IMG/VR virus record: IMGVR_UViG_3300037470_001284
Location: 1 to 39,708 of that record
Length of the DNA stretch: 39,708 nucleotides
Reading direction: 5' to 3' (one strand)
Source: a virus
Taxonomy: Duplodnaviria; Caudoviricetes
Part shown: positions 35,831-39,708 of the stretch, piece by piece
Position numbering within the stretch: the stretch's first letter is position 1
Layout of the letters: each line of letters begins with the position of its first letter
Made by a program: the position numbers and the translations under genes
The notes under the pieces: generated by a model
What the model was told of the DNA's origin: nothing
Databases searched by the model: none
The model's input: the letters and a program-made list of their open reading frames with translations, nothing else

Positions 35831-36476
35831 TTATGACCTCCTCCTCTACGTAAACCCCACCAATGTTAAAGGCCATCCTTATAGCGTTGGCTTCGGCGCA
35901 TTTGGCCAGCATTACCCGTGGCATAACCTTCCAGTTTCTAATCGGCTGGCCATCCTTGGTTTTCTGGAACTCCTCTAAATAGGCCGTGTATTCGCCGACC
36001 TTTACGGCGTCGTTCTTGTCGCTGAATCGTCCATAGACCTCTACTGTTGCGGTAGTGATTTTCCCATCATCTCTTTCCTCAAAAACCGCCTTGCCGGTAT
36101 AGGCATAGGTTGGGTTTTTCGACCTTCGAGCAAGCGTGCGCAGACCGTGGATACTGACAATAGGTTCAAGTTTCTCGATCCACTGACCGGCAACGTTTTG
36201 GCGCTGGTAAACCGCGTAAATTTCTTTCCTAAGAGGATTGAGGCCGTATTGCTGACAAACAAGCAGGAAATACGCTAGATCTTCCGGCGGACGTAATACA
36301 CCCATTTTGTCGACACCTATCAGATTTCGGTGGATATTGCCAAGCAACCGTTCTTTGTTCTGACCCGCACCCCACTCGCCGATATAGCTGGTTATCTTGC
36401 TATAAGCGCTCTGTGCGGCAGTCTTCCTCGATTTTTGTGTTATCTCGCTTGTGGGTTTTTTATTATCGTTATCCAT
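35814..36476 (-). CDS. Single-strand annealing recombinase (RecT/Bet family)
   Basis: CQQYGLNPLRKEIY, SIHGLR..ARRS, W..MPRVMLAKCAEANAIRMAF. Confidence 0.88.
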   Translation of the reverse strand: MDNDNKKPTSEITQKSRKTAAQSAYSKITSYIGEWGAGQNKERLLGNIHRNLIGVDKMGVLRPPEDLAYFLLVCQQYGLNPLRKEIYAVYQRQNVAGQWIEKLEPIVSIHGLRTLARRSKNPTYAYTGKAVFEERDDGKITTATVEVYGRFSDKNDAVKVGEYTAYLEEFQKTKDGQPIRNWKVMPRVMLAKCAEANAIRMAFNIGGVYVEEEVINGQEA

Positions 36477-38278
36477 TACGAACTCCTCTCAATTGGTGCG
36501 AACACCTGGACTCTGACCGGACTGACCTTGCCACTGCCAAGGTAGAGCATGTCGCCTTTGCCTAGCAGTTTCTCACCACCAGACTCGTCCAAAATGATGT
36601 CGCTGTTACGCGCTGTAGCTACGCGCAAGCAGGCCTTAACGGGACAGTTCGCCTTGATAATCGGCGCGACAATATCGGCGCTTGGCCTCTGCGTAGCAAT
36701 GATTACGTTGATATTGGCTGCCCGCGCTTTCTGGAGCAGTCGGGCAAGGTTCCGCTCAATGTGAGCGGCTTCTTCTTTGGTAGCACCCATAACTAGGTCG
36801 GCGTACTCGTCAATGATGAGTACTTCGCGCCTGCCGTTCTTAACATGGTCTCTGTAGCGTCGCTCCATCATCTGAACAAGTTTTTGTAGCTTCGCAACAG
36901 CTTCCTCGCGTTCAGTAACCACGTTGACATTGCCACCGTCCAAATCGACGAAGTCAACCATCTTGCAGTCAACGACTGTAACCTTACAATTCAGACTCTG
37001 GATGATGTTACGTAGGAACACCGACTTGCCAGATCCGGTTTGACCGCCAACGAGCATATGCGGCATTTTGTCGATGTCGTCGTAAACAACTTCGTTCATG
37101 GTCGTAACACCAATCGGCACTTTCGTGCCAGTCAGCTTGCCGCTGAATTTAGGGAATGTCTGCTCCTTGGGAACTTCAATGCCGACGGTTTGGGTGCCGT
37201 AGATCGGCGCGATAACACGCACTGCACCCGATCCAAGTGCCAGCGCCAGGTCATCATCCATAGTTGTTAGCTTGGACATCTTCACGCCTCGGTTCGGCTT
37301 AAGCATGTAGGTTGTAACAGCATTGCCCTCGACTGAGCTGTTAATCTTGCCACCGACCCCGAACTCCGCGAGCTTGGCCATAATTCGGTCTATCTCCGAG
37401 CCGTTATCGGTTGCCACATCTTCCGCAACGTGGGTGTTTACCGGGGCATGCTTTTCGCGCCTTTCGGTAGTGTGGACAGTGCGGATACTGACACCTTCCA
37501 TCTGTGCCATGATTTCCATGCTCCGGGCGCCATTCAGCATGTCGCTGGGGTTAGGGAAGTACTGGGCGTTGGTATTATCCACGTAGTCGCTCACGGCTTT
37601 TACGAGCCGGCCCGATATGTCGTTGGCATCGTCAATTGCCTTACGGCTCAACACATAGTCTTTGATTTGCTTTTGGCCATCCTGATTAATCGACTTCTTG
37701 ATTTCTGCGAAAGTAAATTTGCTAACAGGCTTCCCATACTTATGCTCGGCAAGAAGAGTGTAGAGCCAGGCCTGCATCAGGTATTTGTAGTTTTCCTGCT
37801 CTTCATCGGAGTAACTGGTTACACTCTTGAAGTCGACGATTTCCAGCGTTTCACCCATGTCCTGAACTAGATCAATGTAGGCTTTAAGCGGAATCTTTTT
37901 GTTGAAGATCGAAAGATTGGCCTCAATCTTATCCTCGACATTCAGCTTACCGGCATAGCTCGGTAATTCGTTGACGACAGTGGTACTCAACTTCTGATAG
38001 ACCGCCAAGATTTTGTCTCGGCTACCGGTTTTGCCGTAGTCGATCTCATAATCAGCGGTGTTTTCGATCTCACCAAGCCCGGACTGAATAGCCACCTCAA
38101 TGGGTTGGCCCTTCAGCCGCTCCTCGATCATTTTATGAATAGCTCTACCAACAACCATGGCCGGTGAAGCCGGGTCGTCATAAACCTTGGCTATGTAGCG
38201 TTTTTTGAATTGTATTTGGTTATTCAAAAAGCAGATGATCGCTGAGTGCGACAGTGTAATCCGTTCATAATCTGCCAT
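36476..38278 (-). CDS. PD-(D/E)XK nuclease fused to FtsK/SpoIIIE motor domain
   Basis: LSHS..., GRAIH, YIDLV...IVDFKS...Q..Y; IGIEVP-like VGIEVP, PHMLVGGQTGSGKS, IIDEYADL, ATQRPS, LLGKGDML. Confidence 0.9.
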   Translation of the reverse strand: MADYERITLSHSAIICFLNNQIQFKKRYIAKVYDDPASPAMVVGRAIHKMIEERLKGQPIEVAIQSGLGEIENTADYEIDYGKTGSRDKILAVYQKLSTTVVNELPSYAGKLNVEDKIEANLSIFNKKIPLKAYIDLVQDMGETLEIVDFKSVTSYSDEEQENYKYLMQAWLYTLLAEHKYGKPVSKFTFAEIKKSINQDGQKQIKDYVLSRKAIDDANDISGRLVKAVSDYVDNTNAQYFPNPSDMLNGARSMEIMAQMEGVSIRTVHTTERREKHAPVNTHVAEDVATDNGSEIDRIMAKLAEFGVGGKINSSVEGNAVTTYMLKPNRGVKMSKLTTMDDDLALALGSGAVRVIAPIYGTQTVGIEVPKEQTFPKFSGKLTGTKVPIGVTTMNEVVYDDIDKMPHMLVGGQTGSGKSVFLRNIIQSLNCKVTVVDCKMVDFVDLDGGNVNVVTEREEAVAKLQKLVQMMERRYRDHVKNGRREVLIIDEYADLVMGATKEEAAHIERNLARLLQKARAANINVIIATQRPSADIVAPIIKANCPVKACLRVATARNSDIILDESGGEKLLGKGDMLYLGSGKVSPVRVQVFAPIERSS

Positions 38279-38294
38279 TAAGTTTTATTCCTCT

Positions 38295-38723
38295 CTACTT
38301 CTTGACCGGTACGTTTTCGTAAAACAGCTTGAAACTGCTCAGCGCACTACGTGGTTCTGACTCTTTGGCCTCCAGGACGGTAGCCCTGTCGACGAAATAC
38401 TCGTACAGCTCCAGATAGACCAGGAACAGCAAAATGATGCTACCTACGATCTGATAGAGCGGTAGAAGCGTTACGAAATCGACTCGTGGCAGCTGCCAGA
38501 GTGCGACGCCAGCTATCAAAAAGCTGACCTTCAAAATCAGAAAAGTTATACCGAAAAGTGGTTTAGTTACTTTACGTATTGTTAAGTTCTCCTTTGTGTT
38601 TTGAGTTTTTGTTGTTTTACTTGCACGCTGTTTGCCTCCAACCTTGCGGTTAGAACCAGGCAGCGCAGGTGCTTTTTTGGCATTTTTGCTCATCTTTAAC
38701 CTCCTTTGTGATTGACTAGTCAC
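38295..38723 (-). CDS. Membrane protein with two TM segments (start probably MSKNAK)
   Basis: Basic N-terminus and two hydrophobic segments. Confidence 0.6.
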   Translation of the reverse strand: MTSQSQRRLKMSKNAKKAPALPGSNRKVGGKQRASKTTKTQNTKENLTIRKVTKPLFGITFLILKVSFLIAGVALWQLPRVDFVTLLPLYQIVGSIILLFLVYLELYEYFVDRATVLEAKESEPRSALSSFKLFYENVPVKK

Positions 38724-38724
38724 T

Positions 38725-38800
38725 TGGTTGCGGGTGCCGGGATCGAACCGACCTTGGAGGGCTTATGAGACCCTTGAGTTCACCAGAACTCTAACCCGAC
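38725..38800 (-). tRNA. Phage tRNA with CAT anticodon (Met/fMet-like, imperfect acceptor stem)
   Basis: GTCGGGTTAGAGTTCTGGTGAACTC-A-AGGGT-CTCATAA-GCCCT...GTCGGTTCGATCCCGGC-ACCCGCAACCA, 76 nt. Confidence 0.8.
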
Positions 38801-38901
38801 ACGTCAGGCTCCAGCTTCACGCCGACCTCATAACTAACGTCGGTTGGTTTACCGAATCAGCACGAAGTTCCTGCAGCCCTCAAGCGACTAGTCAATGTGT
38901 T

Positions 38902-39087
38902 GCTTGGACAACTCCGCTAGACAGCCGATTCATCGGCCACCCAGCCTAGCTTTGTTTTCCGATATACCTTTGTTTTTCGTGCCTCACTAAGAGGCGAGGT
39001 GGAGTTTTGGGAGGTGTGTTTACACATGGATATGTGTTGTGAAAGGTACAAGGCCCAGGTGCCAATGCCTAACGGAGTTGTCCAAGC
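38902..39087 (-). ncRNA. Candidate structured non-coding RNA
   Basis: 22-bp closing stem (39066-39087 with 38902-38923) whose two mismatches are both G-U pairs on the minus strand; internal hairpins. Confidence 0.35.
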
Positions 39088-39090
39088 TAA

Positions 39091-39708
39091 TTACCACAGG
39101 ATTCCTTCGACCGCGTACCACGCTGTCCAGTTGCCGCGCTCCTGATAAATGCGGAGGGCGTACTGCGCGTTTTGGTGCGGGTCGCTCCAGTCACCGCCTG
39201 AGAAGAAGTGAGGGTGAGCTTTATCGTTGATCTGGAAACATCCATAATCGCGCGATCCATCATAGTTGTAGCCAACGCTACCATCTGACCTAAGCGGTCC
39301 AACTTGATCGGCTTTAAGTGATGATTCCTTCTGAGCAACGAGCCGCGCACCGGACTGCAAGTTTGCAGGCCACACTGCGGCTATCGCTTCCTCACAGCTG
39401 CCTTTTGGCGCCTGTGGGGTCGCTTCCGCCACCCTCGCCGGTGGCCGAAGCTTTACTACCTTGAGTTCAGCTATAGGTTTTAGCTTTCCGGGCTCGATTG
39501 GTTCGAGCTCGGTGAACTCTTGAGGCTTGTTAAAGGGCTCCTGTGGTTCTGGATGCGCCGGTTCCGGCGGCTGTGCGAACACGAGAGCTAGAACCGTCAC
39601 AATCGTGTAAAGCAGCAATCTTTGGGTACGAATAAATCGGATCCTCCGATTAAGCTCGATCGGTGTTCCGTTACGCAGTACGGGGACCGGGCTGGTGGCT
39701 GCTCCCAC
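39091..39708 (-). CDS. Membrane-anchored lytic transglycosylase (SLT/lysozyme-like); start uncertain at the window edge
   Basis: KESS catalytic Glu, DYGCFQIN, DP..N..YA..IY, W.AW; N-terminal TM. Confidence 0.8.
   Translation of the reverse strand: MGAATSPVPVLRNGTPIELNRRIRFIRTQRLLLYTIVTVLALVFAQPPEPAHPEPQEPFNKPQEFTELEPIEPGKLKPIAELKVVKLRPPARVAEATPQAPKGSCEEAIAAVWPANLQSGARLVAQKESSLKADQVGPLRSDGSVGYNYDGSRDYGCFQINDKAHPHFFSGGDWSDPHQNAQYALRIYQERGNWTAWYAVEGILW

Larger units (their letters stand above)
1758..39708. mobile_element. Integrated prophage (Mu-like head, sipho-type tail, tyrosine integrase); right end outside the window
   Basis: Contiguous terminase, portal, protease, capsid, tail, lysis and recombination genes after a tRNA att fragment. 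Confidence 0.93.

Overview
The window begins with about 1.8 kb of host DNA: an HNH gene, tRNA-Cys, tRNA-Leu, a cupin and a coiled-coil gene. It then enters a prophage at a displaced 3' half of tRNA-Val(TAC) (att site, ~1758-1803), and the prophage runs off the right edge. The phage has Mu-like head genes, a non-contractile (sipho-type) tail, two tandem tyrosine recombinases, a DnaA-box/iteron origin-like region and early recombination/methylation genes. The host may be a Patescibacteria/Saccharibacteria cell, a weak inference from the style of the CHAP protein. The main discovery is a four-site shufflon. A 19-bp sequence AATAATCCTTACACGGCAT, read as IILTRH, lies inside the expressed 192-aa tail/receptor-binding gene (10543-11121) and in frame at the head of three start-less alternative C-terminal cassettes. 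Unusually, the invertible segments also carry the whole lysis module and a four-gene operon. Seven late operons start with the same -10 box plus conserved hairpin/U-tract leader, which suggests a shared antitermination regulon. Other points of note are a portal-2H phosphoesterase(Acb1-like)-MuF fusion, a nuclease-FtsK fusion, a catalytically dead CHAP moron, a -1 frameshift tail chaperone and a candidate structured RNA beside a phage tRNA.
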